This document shows, piece after piece, positions 63,916-64,000 of a stretch of 64,000 nucleotides of DNA. The position numbers and the translations under genes were made by a program. Below the pieces are notes generated by a model, which did not search any database, was not told the origin of the DNA, and saw nothing but the letters and a program-made list of their open reading frames with translations. Position 1 is the stretch's first letter. Each line of letters opens with the position of its first letter. Source of the DNA: an uncultured Verrucomicrobiae bacterium (GTDB lineage: Bacteria > Verrucomicrobiota > Verrucomicrobiia > Chthoniobacterales > Terrimicrobiaceae); the NCBI GenBank assembly GCA_963706955.1, contig CAVPOC010000010.1, positions 160,001-224,000 on the forward strand, written 5' to 3'.

Positions 63916-64000
63916 GGAGGTCAATATTCGTCCCGGGAATTGTTGTGGTTGCCATGGGAGATAGCGTTTCTGATTGACGATATCAAACTGACTGGATCGC

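Overview
Bacterial chromosomal segment. Its intergenic repeat families and gene content resemble soil Verrucomicrobia, but that assignment is only an impression. It has four blocks. (1) 1-10977: polyol/sugar catabolism cluster (class II aldolase, HAD phosphatase, glycerol-1-phosphate dehydrogenase, FGGY kinase, ABC transporter, DthD/GolD-like SDR) with a divergent SorC/DeoR-type regulator. (2) 11.1-17.9 kb: a Gfo/Idh/MocA gene, an mlaEFDCA operon and DUF72, interleaved with mosaic REP-like repeats. (3) About 18-57.8 kb: a large general-stress/desiccation-type island (two DUF892 ferritin-like proteins, YghA-like SDR, OBAP/DUF1264, DUF2231, DUF4142, YihY, a DUF3618/holin-like triad, Rieske-FAD oxidoreductase, Zn-ADH, pyruvate kinase). 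It has its own signalling genes: a receptor-free CheB + CheB/CheR/PAS + PAS-kinase module, a 2103-aa soluble poly-HAMP hybrid kinase, a REC-HK-REC kinase, a lone REC protein and a His-less HisKA_3-like microprotein. A recurring TCRGG-N5-CCTKA palindrome lies upstream of several of its genes. (4) 58.3-64 kb: membrane-protein/methyltransferase fusion, APH-like probable pseudokinase, extended EamA-like transporter and an alpha/beta hydrolase. At least nine single-base frameshifts in otherwise intact genes suggest long-read assembly errors. No rRNA, tRNA, CRISPR array or transposase was recognised. All family names come from reading motifs by eye, not from database searches.
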